Source: Antedon mediterranea
Taxonomy: Eukaryota; Animalia; Echinodermata
Assembly: GCF_964355755.1 (NCBI RefSeq)
Contig: NC_092676.1
Span: forward strand, 10,393,888-10,457,887
DNA length: 64,000 nt
Reading direction: 5' to 3'
The notes beneath the pieces were generated by a model, which searched no databases, had not been told where the DNA came from, and worked only from the letters and a program-made list of their open reading frames with translations. The position numbers were made by a program, and so were the translations under genes. Below, in pieces: positions 24,957-38,729 of the stretch; position 1 is the first letter of the stretch, and each line of letters opens with the position of its first letter.

Positions 24957-26272
24957 AGCCTGGTTTCCTGTCGACGTAAGAACATCACTTTTGTTGCGAC
25001 TATGTCGATTTGTCGTAAGAAATGCGGATTTTACAGGAAACCGATTACGATCGAAAATTTATAAAATCGACGCAACGTAAGAAAAATGGTAACGACAAAC
25101 GATTTTACAGGAAACCGATGACCTAACAAATGTTGCGTTACGACGTTTTCTTCCGTAATGTGTATGACCTTATATTGAAATAAAGCCGGACAATAACATT
25201 TGTATGTATTTACTACTATAATTTTAGCCCACTTTACAATGTTGTACATACTTTACAAATGCACAGTATAGTTTCAATAGAATAATGTTCTAATCAGGGA
25301 GTTTACAACTCATATCAAAATATAATACACTTATTTATGGACGTGCAATAAACAATCAGCATTTCAAAGAAACCGACATTCTTCTGTTCTATTTGTCGGT
25401 AGAAACGTCGCGAAAGGTGAACATTTGCAAGAAGATAAGATATAGAAAGCCCCTTTGTAAGAAATATAATATTATTATGTAACTTTTTAAAAAAAGTGTT
25501 TGCTTGATTTTGTATAATTTATATTGTTTTGTTAAATTTATTCTTATTATAGGCCTGTAAATAATGGGTATCCTACTGAGGTAGTACTATCTCATGCTCG
25601 ATTAGAGTATGCCTGGGCCCATAGGCCAAGGCCTAGCCTAGGGCATAAGTAGGTCTAATAATAATAGGAATCCCAAAATGATTTGCCTTTTTTTTAATTT
25701 TGAAAACTATTTAAGGCTAGGCCAGAATAATTAATTCATATTTTGATTCATACAATAGTACATAGGCCTACTAGCCTAGGCTCCTAGGCTAGTTTGATTA
25801 GATTTTGGTCAAATCAATTCCTATTACAGTATTAATCATGGAGTAAGTTATTACTAATTCTAGGGCCTAGCCTATCTACTAAAAATAATATGTTGGTGTG
25901 CTGCACTGACACTGCTGCTGAGTAGCTACAGATACAATAACATCATTCAACATTTCGCGCGAATGACAAAACCCGCTCTAAAAAGAAACACCAATCAGAG
26001 ATGTTGTTTCAAATACGTTATAAATCTGACCGACGTAAGAAAAAAATTTCAACTTTCGTAACAACACTAAAATCGACGTAAGCATACGACGTGTGTTTCA
26101 CAGCCAAAATTTCAACTTTCGGGAGCAGCATAACTACAGATGTTTCTCTGCGGCCCGACACGATCTTGACTAACGTCAACGACGTCAATTTTTTCTCAAC
26201 TTTCGTAAGAAACGTATGAAACGCAAGAATCGTTGCAAAATTCGACTTCTTACGTCGACAGGAAACCAGCCT
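24957..26272. mobile_element. Non-autonomous PIF/Harbinger element
   Basis: 26-bp TIR AGSCTGGTTTCCTGTCGACGTAAGAA, TAA TSD (24954-24956, 26273-26275), subterminal GACGTAAG repeats. Confidence 0.85.
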
Positions 26273-26326
26273 TAAGGATACTTGCCTTATACTGTATTAG
26301 GCACTATCCTGTTTACAGTAATTACC

Positions 26327-26917
26327 ATTAATCGATAATTCTCCTCATTTTGTAATTCTTTATTTGTTTTGTAATACTCTTCCATTGATTGTACTTTCTT
26401 AACATTTACCATCGGGTCTTTCGTTTCATCTAATACCAAGTTTATTTCAGAGTCTTTCGATTTAGTCAAAAATTTGAGCACTGTCATTTGAAATCCTGTA
26501 CAAAAATGGTTGTTTCTATGTACTCTTATGGCACCATTGGGTGTTGGACAAAATTTAATAAACTATACTCAGTATACTGAAAGTACTGCGGTGGCGTAAA
26601 TTGTGGCGGTTATAGTGGTGATCTAACTTCAATATCATCAAAACTGGAAGGAGAGTCTGAAAAAAAGTAAAAATTTAAATAAGTTTAATGGGATATGGAA
26701 AATGATTTATCTTAAACTAAAAAAAATGTGAAATAAAGTTGAAATGCTACTACATATTTTTATAATAGTTTCAAAATTAGTTTTAGTTGTATACCCATTT
26801 GAAAATCTGAGAAAGTTCGTTTTTTGGTTTTCCTCTTCCCCGGGCCAGTTGGCGTTTCATGGTTACTTGATTCGTTGGCGGTGGTATCATCACACGCCTC
26901 ACACTCATCCTTACTTT
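26327..26917 (-). pseudogene. Exon-like fragments of an unidentified spliced gene (probably a TE accessory gene)
   Basis: Three short AG..GT-bounded segments, e.g. GFQMTVLKFLTK..EEYYKTNKELQNEENYRLM|gtaa. Similar pieces lie at ~23400-23870. No recognised domain. Confidence 0.3.
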
Positions 26918-27149
26918 CTAAAATAAGAATGCAAAAAAAAAATTATTAATATTAGGCTAGATGTGGTTGAACAGCTTGAGTACAGCATCATGATGTTGAA
27001 GATAGGCTGATTTTCTTTAAAAATACTATTTCGATATAATATTTGTTTATACAAATGTATTGATTTACGATAAATGGAAATTCCAATCTCTCAGTCTCAG
27101 TATAATTTTTTGAGTAGTGATGTTGTTTCGGCGATGGTAGATCGACTTA

Positions 27150-28262
27150 AAATGGTCAGACTTCAATCTGAATCAACATTATACTTGTGACGTTGAATAG
27201 ACGAAGGTAGATTGACCTTAAATTGTCAGTCTTCAACCATCTGATTTCAATGTTGTATCGACTTAGTGACGTTGTATAGACGAAGGTTGATCAGATTTGT
27301 CAGATTTCAACCTGATAACAACAATTTTGCGCAAAATTCACAGAATCTTGCACACAATTCACAGAATCTTGCACACAAATCACAGAATCTTGCACAAAAT
27401 TCACAGAATCCTGCACAAAATTCATAGAATCTTGCACAAAATTCACAGTATCTTGCACACAATTCACAGAATCTTGCACACAATTCACAGAATTTTTCGT
27501 GATTGGGATTTATAATCGAGATTTCCAGAAATGTTTTTAAATCCCAATTACGGACAAGATTTTATGTTTTTCTCTGACTGAAATACGGTATCACGTATGA
27601 TAACCCAATCATTTTAGCAGGAATTTTTATTGGTGTAAGATCGCGATTACTATTTTTATCCCAAATAAAATCCTGATCTTAAATCTTGTTGGTCAGTGCG
27701 TCCCATAGGCCCTAAATGATGACATTTCGTTGTCAGATTTCAACCTGAATCAACGTTATACTAATGACGTTGAATCGACGAAGGTAGATTGACCTTAAAT
27801 TGTCAGTCTTTAACCAGCTAATTTCAATGTTGTATCGACTTAGTGACGTTGTATAGACGAAGGTTGATTAACCTTTGAATTGTCAAATTTCAACCTGATA
27901 ACAATTTTGCACACAATTCATAGAATCTTGCACACAATTCACAGAATCTTGCACACAATTCACAGAATCTTACACAAAATTCACAGAATCTTGCACACAA
28001 TTCACAGAATCTTGCACAAAATTTACAGAATCTTGCACACAATTCACATAATCTTGCACACAATTCACAGAATCTTGCACACAATACAGAATCTTGCACA
28101 CAATTCACTGAATGAAATACGGTATCGCGTATGATAACCCAATAATTTTAGCAGGATTTTTTATTTGTATAAGATCGCGATTACTATTTTTTATTCCAAA
28201 TAAATTCCCAATCTTAAATCTTATTGGTCAGTGCGTCCCGTAGGCCCTAAATGTTGACATTT
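27150..28262. repeat. Two ~550-bp tandem units, each containing a 21-bp minisatellite (CACAATTCACAGAATCTTGCA)
   Basis: Units ~27150-27725 and ~27730-28262 share GACGTTGAAT-motif heads and the tail TTGGTCAGTGCGTCCCRTAGGCCCTAAATG. Confidence 0.9.
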
Positions 28263-28744
28263 CTTTGATGGTTTTATTGACGACCTTGAAAATTCTGGTT
28301 ACATTTAATCAATCCTTTGGTACAACTGAAGATCTGCAATGATGTGATCAAAAACGCAACTGTAAAAAAAATAAGATAAGAAAGCGAAATTAAATTAAAT
28401 CAACTTTATTTTTATTTCATTTAAATTGAGAATGGGTATTGCGGCACATTTATAATTTTATTTATGTACTTGTTGTTGCGAATGGCTCTGATCTTATCGT
28501 CTTTTCTGTGTGGATACCTCGTCTTTCTGTGGATAGATACCAAAGAAAAAAGTTAGTAAATAAACGTAATATCTGGTATTATTGTTATATTTCTTGTTAT
28601 TTCTTTATGCATGGTAATTGTTTTGAACTTATGTTTTCTCTCTCTTTTGTGATGAACCACTTTATCTATTTCAAAATGTTATTGCAAAATAAGTATTTTT
28701 CATTTCATTTACCTTGTTTACGTTTATAATAATACAAACATATA

Positions 28745-29440
28745 GTACTAGCATGAATTTGCATTTGCTGACACACCTGACTGATGTGTGCAGGATGTTT
28801 GGCCCACTGTACAAATAAACTGTATAAATCAGTGAATGTCTTTTTAATGGATCAAGATTTGTTAATAGCCAAGTAAAGGATTTTGATTTTCAATGTTGTA
28901 TTGATACATGATTTGTACAGTATGTTAGTTACGTACAAATACAATCATGATGACTCTGATTTGCTTATTTAACTTTTATTTTATGTTTGATTAATATAGA
29001 TTTCAGTTGCTGTTGGTATGGCAAAGGGCCTACCATCATTAGTTACAGCAACTTTGCTTAATTCAGTTGAAATTTTCTACTTGATTTTTCACAATTTACA
29101 CTATATTTTACCCAAAAAACAAGCTAACAATATATATATATATTTTTTAGAGATCACAGAAAACTGTGCCCATTTTGAATTGATTTCAAAAGTGCAATAC
29201 ACTGGGCAATTCAACCTCTATACAAAAGGAAGAAACACATTTTACTTGTGCGAGTACAGAAATAAGCAAGAGGAGTAATTGCAGTGTTGTGTACGGAAAG
29301 AAGAGAATGTAGATAGCTGTGGTCAATTAATTCACTTTATTTCCACAGATATGTGCCCATATGTGATCATCCAAGAATATCACCATATATCGTAAACCAC
29401 ATTCATTTAGTAAGGCCTGGACAGATAATAATGTTACCAG
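28745..29440 (+). pseudogene. Second, degraded CACTA/EnSpm transposase (C-terminal exons)
   Basis: SMNLHLLTHLTDVCRMFGPL..GSRFVNSQ|gt and ag|ISVAVGMAKGLPSLV align with the 3457-3820 exons (TMNIHLISHLLVVCRMYGPL..GSRYVNSQ|ISFAIGMAKALPQLV), with the same intron position. Confidence 0.8.
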
Positions 29441-32099
29441 TGTCTTGTATCTGATTTAATTGTCTGTTCATTTATATACATGATCAAACCTATGTATCTG
29501 TTCCTAGGAACTAAATTAAATGTCAGCATATCGACCACGAAACCTAGAAAAACCGGGATGGTGTCCGACGGTGGATAGTTTACAACAGAATATTTTTTGT
29601 TTTTTTGTTGTCAATTTCAATATAATGCACTATCATATAGACCCCAAAACCTAGACCGGGATGGTGTCCGGCAGGGGATAGTTTACGTTTTTTTTGTTAA
29701 TTTCAATATAAATGCACTATCATATCGACCCCAAAGTTGTAATACAAATCCCAGTAATGGAACGGTATTTTAACGCGATGGTATTTCATCCCATCCCGGT
29801 GGGATGAGCCTATCCGAACAGGATTCCACCACATCCCGATCGGGATCCCGATGTCATTTTCTATAAAACAAAACCTTATGAAAATTGTGTCCTACCCTTT
29901 GATGTCCCTTGGCCCCAGCTTGACATTTCCACACTGCTCATACAGTAATAAGTATAGTTCCCAATTCCATATTATGATCATCAGTGTTCGGCTCAGTTGC
30001 TAATATTTCATATTGTGTTGATATTTTATTTTATATATTGTATAGGTTTCTTTGAACATGAAGAAATTGAAACACAGGGCGGATACATCATACTCAGAAT
30101 GGGCAACAAATCATTATTTACTTGTGGTCAACTTCTACGATAAGTCATCCATGATTTTAATTCATAGTGTATAAATGGAATTTTACCAGTAAACGTATTT
30201 CTAGAGTATTCTAAGCTACCAAGTCATGGAGGTTTATAGTGGTAAACTATTCTTAATGGATGATGTACTGTACGCAGCAAACTACTTCAATGGAATTAAC
30301 TATGCAGCTAAAGTCGGAGATTTGGAAAATAAACGAACATAGTGGTATGTACTGTAAACTTAATTTTTAATTTTTTTTATACATTTTTTTATACATATGT
30401 ATTAATGTAATTCACTCATTTAGATGTCAAACAAGCTCTTTTCACACTTTATTTCAGACATTCGCTAGACAATCAATAGAATAATCAGAGGCTGGATCAG
30501 TTGGAATAGACACATTCATAAATGGTGGAGATACTTACCTAGTAGTTGTCAAATTGTATTAATGCGTACAAAATATGATAGTGTATAGATGGGAAAGATC
30601 TTTAAAATTCATCAAGGTATTCCTGTAGAACATTGCTAATTTACATACCTACTATTTTCAGTAAGTAAGTAAATAAGAATGAAAGCAGATTGTAATATTC
30701 ATGAATTTAATTGCTTATGGTTATGACCATAGGCAATAAATTTCACAAAGATGAAGAAATCTGATAGAGATCCAGCCACCGATGATACCCACTTGATCAT
30801 TGTTTCGTTTTCATAAAATGTCACATGACTCAAGTAAAGAGTAAATTTTTTTTAATTAGACTGAAAAAAATAATAATTAGGAAAAAAATTGACTCACACA
30901 AGTTAACTTTTTACTTGATATGCACATGACGCATCATGAAGACGAAAAGTTTTGTAAAAAGTTTTGTAGAAAGACAAATGAATTTGTATATGGCAAAAAG
31001 ATCAGCTTTGTATTTGTATACAGTGGTACAGTAAGATCGCAGTTGGTCAAACTTCACAACATCCTTGCCAATAGTTAACCTTGAGGGCACTATGTTTGTA
31101 AAATACGACAGAACTATAACGTCACATGATTGTACGTCCATAACATATTTCGAGCAAGGTGGGGAGTACTTTTTAGGTCAATCATCTAAAATTAAAACAC
31201 TATTTTTAAATGTGTTTTTTCCAGATATTCATATTGGTGGTAATTTTAGTTAGATTACTAAATTAAATTGGCATCACTAGATTACCAATAAAAATGGCTT
31301 CTTATATCGGTAACCATAGTATATTGGAAATAATGCAATGCTCAGGGCATTTATTTGATCTAATGAACATAAAGTATTCTTTTTAATTATTTTGTATGAG
31401 AAAGAAGAAGAAACTTCTCTTTAATTAGAATTAGGGATTTCACCATTCCAATACATACCAACAATATCTACAGACTTCGAATGAAATGAACTATAAATAA
31501 CACATTGCACATTTTTATGTTTTTAAATAAAGTGTTTGTGCAGTTTGATGCTCCTGATTCAAAATGTTACAATATTCATCTGCCATTTACAATCTCAATT
31601 AACGAAATCCTTAAATCAGTAGGTAGTTGGTTAAATTCAGTAAATTGTTTATTGGTTTTACATTATAACATTTGATATCTTGAAATTTATATGTTATCAT
31701 CTTTTTTAATGAATTGTATGTACTCTTCTATGAAACAAAGGAAAAAAATTGTATGTGTTTTATATGATTTATATGAATTCTATTTACACATTATTTATTC
31801 AGAACCTAGCATGTGATTTTATCACCTTCATGACATATTTATGGTGCCACCGAAACGCAGGGAAGGTGCTGTTAAATTAATATATTGTAATATTTAGAAT
31901 AAATAAATATTACATTTGTCCAAATAATATTTGTATTTGGTTTATTGTGTTCATAGTTGTGGTGATGTTTGATGACATATATTATGGGGAATGTTGACCA
32001 CTAAAAAAGACTATTAAATTACCAACCATAGACTGATTTTTAGTAGAACATAAAAGTGATTTTAAAAGTTCTTTGAATTTTTCTTATTTAAATGAGCAC

Positions 32100-33700
32100 T
32101 TTCAGCTTTACCTTCATTCCAAAGAATCTGAATAAGGTCGGTCTTTAATTCTTCAGCTTGGATAAACTTGCTATGTGTGATAGATCCCAGCCATAATTAA
32201 GAAAAATGGTATAATGACTGCAAGTGCAAAACTTCCAAATTTACCTTCAATTATAACGACTATTTTTGTTATATTATTTCTTAAGGGCAACTACAATTGG
32301 ATAGACAAAGTCACCACTTTCTTTCCCATGGCCATTTTAGTATGTACACAGCAAGAATATGAAGGAGGACAGCGTCAATGTCTCCTGAAGTAACAAACGC
32401 CAGGACAGAGTTACCTTCATTAAGTACTTTAAGTGCTTCGGGAAGCCAATCAATTTGTGCAGCTTCTCCTTCTCTTTTGCGTTGATGTATATCAACCAAA
32501 TGCTTATTTGTATGGCAGCCGTTTTCCCGGAACTGGACTTCAATAGGTGTACTGGACATATTTTCATCATCAAATAAGTAGTCACTGTAAAAAATTATTG
32601 AAAGTTTTCTACCCAAGACCTTAATACGTAATAACCATTTGCTTATTAAGGAATTTCCTGTTTGTGTTGACGTTAGGGCTGCTTCATTAAACTTTCCTTT
32701 GCTGAGAATCTCATTTTTGGTAAGAAAGTGATGACTTGTGATGGATTGTTAAATTATTCTTCCTTTTCGTGTGTCTAACTTAAGGAATTCGGGTGTGAGT
32801 GATTTTCTCACACATAATTATATGATGGCAATTTTTAAACAGAAACAAAACAATGACCGTTGTACATGTTCATAGTATTCGGCACGAGTTTGGACTTTGC
32901 TGCGAAACTTCTGACCGGCAACTGTTATGTACTTTACTGATGTTTTAAAATCACTGGGTAGCTTGTGTGGTTGTTGTGTGCTGTAAGAGATTAGAATTTG
33001 TTTTTTATAAATTAATTTTGTCCAGTGAGGAATCATCAACCAAAATCTCAAGAAGAGCTTGCTTTACTCCATTATGTTTTATTTGTTGGCAGTTTGTGGC
33101 CTTTCCAGTCAAACGATTGGCACAAATTGTAATCCCCTTGTAAATCTTTATTGATGTTACTTCTTTTTTTAACGTTACCTAGTATTTTCTTCTGCTTTCT
33201 TTCTTTGTTTGACATTTGTTTTATTGAAGTACTACATCTTCTGATTGTGTTTGCAGTTAATGCTAGGAAGTTCACATTAGTGACTTTGCAAGTTTGATCA
33301 TTACTACAATATTCAGGACTGTTCCAAGTCGCCCGATAGCACTAGTTGCCTTCTCAATATGAGCTGGACTTACAAGAGACTGTAAGTCATCTGCTTTATC
33401 ACTCATATGTTGAAATAGCGGGCGTATGCTTGATTTTTTGTATGCAGAAAGGAAAGTAACTATCTTTGATTTTCCGGCATGTATGAATTTGTCATAAAAT
33501 GAGCTACTCCTTACTAGTAGTCCTGGTAGCATTCTTGAAATTTATGATTCAAGTGGGAAAACTATCTGATCTTTGTAACTATCACCAAGCTTCTCATACG
33601 TACCCTTCAATATTTCTGCAATGTTGTTACATCATTGTCTAACTACAGGATAAGGACGTACATGTAAATGATCTGTTGGTCAAACTTCAACTGCAGATGT
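32100..33700 (-). pseudogene. Degraded Academ-like transposase, PIN/XPG region
   Basis: Fragmented ORFs with QRKREGEAAQ..FVTSGDIDAVLLH, resembling the EEAD..SGDID motifs at 12-13 kb. Confidence 0.4.
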
Positions 33701-33904
33701 ATTTATTGATGCCCTTGATTTGGGTGATCATTAAAATTGAGTTTCAAGTAGAAAATTACATTTAGATCACTCAGTTGCTTAATCCGAATGTCTGAATAGT
33801 CCTTTAATTCCCAACGTAGCTCCGGACTGAGATGTTATTGCAAAAACAGTTTTAATGTGGTAATGTAATAGTGCCAATTTTGGTTTAGTGCTGTGCGTCT
33901 TTTC

Positions 33905-34585
33905 ACCTCTTTGAGAAATTGTGCTAACCATTCGGAAAATTGTGCTACCTCTTTGATAAATTGTGCTACCCATCGCGGAAATTGTGCTACCTTTTTGAGA
34001 AATTGTGCTAACCATTCGGGAAATTGTGCTACCTCTTTGAGAAAATGTGCTATCCATTCGGGTAATTGTGCTACCTCTTTGAGAAATTGTGCTAACCATT
34101 CGGGAAATTGTGCTACCTCTTTGAGAAAATGTGCTATCCATTCGGGTAATTGTGCTACCTCTTTGAGAAATTGTGCTAACCATTCGGGAAATTGTGCTAC
34201 CTCTTTGAGAAATTGTGCTATCCATTCGGGTAATTGTGCTACCTCTTTGAGAAATTGTGCTAACCATTCGGGAAATTGTGCTACCTCTTTGAGAAATTGT
34301 GCAATCCATTCCGGAAATTGTGCAATCCATTCCGGAAATTGTGCAATCCATTCCGGAAATTGTGCTACCTCTTTGAGAAATTGTGCTAACCATTTGGGAA
34401 ATTGTGCTACCTCTTTAAAAAATTGTGCTAGCCATTCGGCAAATTGTGCTACCTCTTTGAGAAATTGTGCTACCCATTGCGGAAATTGTGCTACCTCTTT
34501 GAGAAATTGTTCAATCCATTTCGGAAATTGTGCTACCTCTTTGTGAAATTGTGCTAACCATTTGGGAAATTGTGCTACCTCTTTC
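33905..34585. repeat. 42-bp higher-order minisatellite made of two alternating 21-mers
   Basis: GAAATTGTGCTACCTCTTTGA alternates with GAAATTGTGCTAACCATTCGG, about 32 monomers. Confidence 0.95.
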
Positions 34586-36162
34586 ACATTTTTTCATCCC
34601 CTTCATAATCCTTATTCCTATATCTGGCCATGCACCGACTCATTCAAAATATTAAAGGATACAAGATATACTGTGACGGGATTTAATATATGTGCCCACA
34701 ATACTTTATCGCATTATGCAGGTTCACATTTTTTTTTACGGACAGGTAAGTAACTATATATAAAATATGATTATAAAATACAGTATTTATTTGCTTAGAA
34801 TTTGAAATAGTATTACTGTACACATTAGAGGGGTGGCAAATCCACAGAGATCATTTTGAGATCTCAGAAGAACATGAAATAGTTTATAAATATAGTTTTC
34901 ATTTCAAAACAAAAGTTTTTGCTTTTCCAGCGATTTTAGTCTGGGTGCACAAAACACACATTTTTAATTTAAAATCATCTCTACAGTTCATTCTTTGGCT
35001 CCCTGCTGTTCGATTAGAACTGACCTTGCTAACCACAAGGCCACTTGCATTCTTTAATTTTGTGTGCAAAAAATGTACCCATGGTATAATGGTGGTTTCT
35101 AAATACAATGAGTGACCAATTCCAAAATAGGCTGTGCATTGCAGCCAATCAGAAGCAAGGAAGGCTGAGCCTGGAAGATGAACAAGGTGTTACGTGATTT
35201 ATTAATTGACTAAGAGAAGACATTAATGACTGGCTTTATGCAAAAATAAACAAGTAAGATGCCAGAGGCAAAAGCTCACGCTAAATAGGGCTAGTTCTCC
35301 TAATGCGTGTCCTTGTTATTATGCTGCTGCTGCTGCCGCCGCCGCCGTCATCGTTCCGCGCTCTCTGCTGGCACACGAAGATAGGAGCCAGACAACATAT
35401 CAAGGCCGTATTAATATAGGCCTACCGTTAATCTTCTAATTGTAACCCTGGGTTATTAAATATTATTCTTTGATTGTTTTTTAGGGTGGGTTACTATTAG
35501 AAGGGGGTTACTATTAGAGAAGTGGGTTACTACATGGGGTAAAGTACTCTATGGTTGCTATTACTAATCTTAAATTAGGCAACTGAAAAGGTAGCCGATC
35601 ACTCCGGCCGCGCTTCACTCCGGCCGCCGTATCAGTTTAGCGCGATGTTATGCACTCCGGCCGCTATTCAATTCGACTTCCTGTGCAAAGGGGCCGTTAG
35701 TATGGAGCGCCCATATCTACGTTTTCTATACTGTTCAGTGTTACAACAAATTCTTGGTGAATTTAAATGGAATTAGTTGAATATTTATTAGCAACAATTT
35801 TACTTGTTTCAATAACAATAACATTCAACGAAGTTTTTTCCCGATTGTATCATTATCATCGTAAATAGCCTCTAGGACTTATCATGTAAGCTTTTAAAGA
35901 TGATGGTCAATGCTCTGTCGGTGTAAATAAGCAGTGAGTATTTTACCCCCATGATACCGCATCTATTGCCATTGGCTCGCCGTTGAAAGCACTGCAAGGT
36001 TAACTATTACTGTGCTAGCCATATGCAAATCAAAATCCTTCAATAAGGTTTCCAAACATCTGCGTCACTTATGCAAATTAGTAAATTTGGCCGAAATTAC
36101 CAGCTGTGATTGTGACCTGATATGTAAAACAGTGGTGGTACTGTATAAAAGCAAGTGTAATC

Positions 36163-36732
36163 ATGGCCCCGAAGTTAGATGTTGATAAGCTGAAGAAAGA
36201 CTTGCTTCAGGAGCTGACTACTTCTATTACTGAGACATTAAACAAAGCATTTGATAAGCTGCAGGAGCAAATCAGTAATATTGAAACCAGATTGGACTAT
36301 TTAGAACAATATTCACGTCGCAATAACCTTAGATTCTACGGTTTACAGGACTCGACAAAGTCAACTGATGATTTGGTGGCGGAGGTTATTCGCGACAAAA
36401 TGGGTATCACTTTCAAGTCCGACGATATTGAAGTATCTCATCGAATCGGTCCTATTACTGACAAGCCTAGGCCAATAATTGTTCGGTTCAATTCAATCAG
36501 GACGCGTAACAATGTGTTTGCAGCCAAATCCAAACTGAAGGGTATGCCGGTTTATATCTCGGAAGACTTAACAAAAGCAAATTTCAATCTCTTTTGGAAG
36601 GTTAGACACCATGATGGAGTTCAACGTGCCTGGACTAACAGATGCAAGATATGGGCCCTGTGTAAAGGTGAAGAAAAACCCAAGCATGTCAAGAATGAAA
36701 ATGATTTTGAACGACTGATTGCTGAACATTAA
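36163..36732 (+). CDS. LINE ORF1 (coiled coil + RRM-type + CTD)
   Basis: LEQYSRRNNLRFYGL, SHRIG..PRPIIVRF, YISEDLT. Confidence 0.9.
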   Translation: MAPKLDVDKLKKDLLQELTTSITETLNKAFDKLQEQISNIETRLDYLEQYSRRNNLRFYGLQDSTKSTDDLVAEVIRDKMGITFKSDDIEVSHRIGPITDKPRPIIVRFNSIRTRNNVFAAKSKLKGMPVYISEDLTKANFNLFWKVRHHDGVQRAWTNRCKIWALCKGEEKPKHVKNENDFERLIAEH

Positions 36733-36925
36733 GAACGTTTAGACTGTGCGGTGACATTAACAGTTCGTTTCTTACCGACGGAATATGACCATTATTTGTT
36801 GATTTTAGATAGCAAAAACGTGTTCTCTTGTTTTTATTTCAATGTTTACTATGTTCGTTTGGCTAAGTGTTCTCATATGTGCTAGCGTTTTTAAAGTGAG
36901 TACTTTACTTATTTTTTTTACTGAT

Positions 36926-38729
36926 ATAAGCCAAGGATATTTTCCTGTAGAATGGAAAAAATCAAATGTCATTCCTCTGCATAAAAAAGGCAATAAATCC
37001 CTTATTGAGAACTATCGCCCTATATCCATACTTTCCAACTTTGCAAAAATTTTTGAGCGTGCAGTTTTTGATATAGTATATAAATACTTTGTGGATAATA
37101 AACTTCTTACTCAATTCCAATCTGGTTTTACACCAGGTGACTCGACAACGTATCAACTTCTTTATCTTATAGATACATTTAATAGAGCTTTAGATTTAAG
37201 GAAAGAAGTAATCTCGGTATTTTTGGATATTTCCAAAGCCTTCGATAAAGTTTGGCATAATGGGATTATATACAAATTAAAGCAATATGGAATTAATGGC
37301 ACTCTTCTAAAATGGTTCCAAAGTTACTTAAACTCACGTGAGCAACGTGTTATTATTGAAGGAACTACCAGTCCTTGGGTGACCATTACAGCAGGAGTAC
37401 CCCAAGGATCTGTTTTGGGTCCATTTTTATTTATTGTATTCATAAATGATATGGTTGATAATATCAAATCTAATATTAGTTTATATGCAGATGATACTTC
37501 GTTATATGATATTTGTACAGATCGTAATATTTCAGAACAAAAATTAAATGGTGATCTTAATGTCATTTATAATTGGGCAAAAAAATGGAAAGTAACATTC
37601 AATGCTAACAAAACGAAAGCTATACTGTTTACACGTAAACATTTAGATAACTATGTTAGTTTAAATTTCAATAATGTAAATCTACAATTTGTAAATGATC
37701 ATAGGCATCTTGGTGTAATGCTTAATGCAAAACTCAAGTGGGATTCCCATAATCCAATCTGTAATTAACAAAGCGTCTTTATCTTTAAATATGCTACGTC
37801 GTGTCAAACATATTCTACCTCGACAAGCTCTCTGTCACATTTACACATCACACGTTAGACCATTAATGGAATATGCAGCTCCTGTTTGGTGTAATATTCC
37901 AGATAAATTAAGTGATGAACTAGAAAATATCCAGATTTCTGCAGGTAGAATATGTACTGGTGCGTGGAAACATACAAGTCGTAATGCATTAAGACAAGAA
38001 TTAGGCTGGTTATCATTGAAAAAACGTAGACAATTTCTTAACCTAATACTGTTTTTTAAAATTATTCATAAGTTAACACCAGTGTATCTTTACTCCTTAT
38101 TTAATTTTTCTGACAATATTGAAGTTTATAACTTGCGTAACATCCGAAATATAATAATTCCATTTTGTAAGACCACATCATATCGTTTATCTTTTGTCCC
38201 CTCTATTATAACACATTGGAATGAGTTAAATAATGAAATAAAAAATTCCTCATTTCTTGTTGAGTTTAAAAAATTGCTACTGAAATCCAATTTGTTTGAA
38301 ACAAAAAAACGTTCTTATTATGATACAGGTGATAAGAAGATTAACCAAATTCACACTAGAATCCGACTTGGTTTCAGCTGTCTCAATTCGCATTTATTCT
38401 TACATGGACTTCGGGACAATCCAAATTGTACTTGTGGCTTTAATGTTGAGAATCCGCTTCATTTCTTATGTTACTGCCCTAATTATAATACACAAAGAGA
38501 TATTCTACTTGTAAGTGCTAACTCAATTATTGAGGATATCTTAGCCAAGGATTTTTCTTTAACATTTAATTTTACATTTTTAAGTGAAATTTTATTTTTG
38601 GTTCCGATCTTCTTTCGAATTGTGAAAATGCTTTATTATTTTATTATGTACAACAATTTCTTGTTAATTCTGGAAGATTTAATTGATGTTTCTGTTAGTT
38701 GTTTTAAAATGTTGTATTTGTTAATCTGA
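36926..38729 (+). pseudogene. LINE ORF2: RT and C-terminal Cys/His domain; N-terminus missing
   Basis: FPVEWKKSNV, NYRPIS, FLDISKAFD, GVPQGSVLGP, YADD, HLGV, CTCG..HFLCYCPNY. Frameshift near 37745. Confidence 0.9.

Noticed and set aside
27297-28134. His/Arg- and Cys-rich repetitive ORFs
   Set aside because: They are translations of the 21-bp minisatellite.
33779-34587. Three overlapping 200-250 aa repetitive ORFs
   Set aside because: These are by-products of a stop-free 21/42-bp minisatellite, open on both strands.
35423-35560. pogo-like MITE start (TA-CCGTTAAT, GGGTTACTATTAG repeats)
   Set aside because: No convincing matching right terminus or TSD after 39504.
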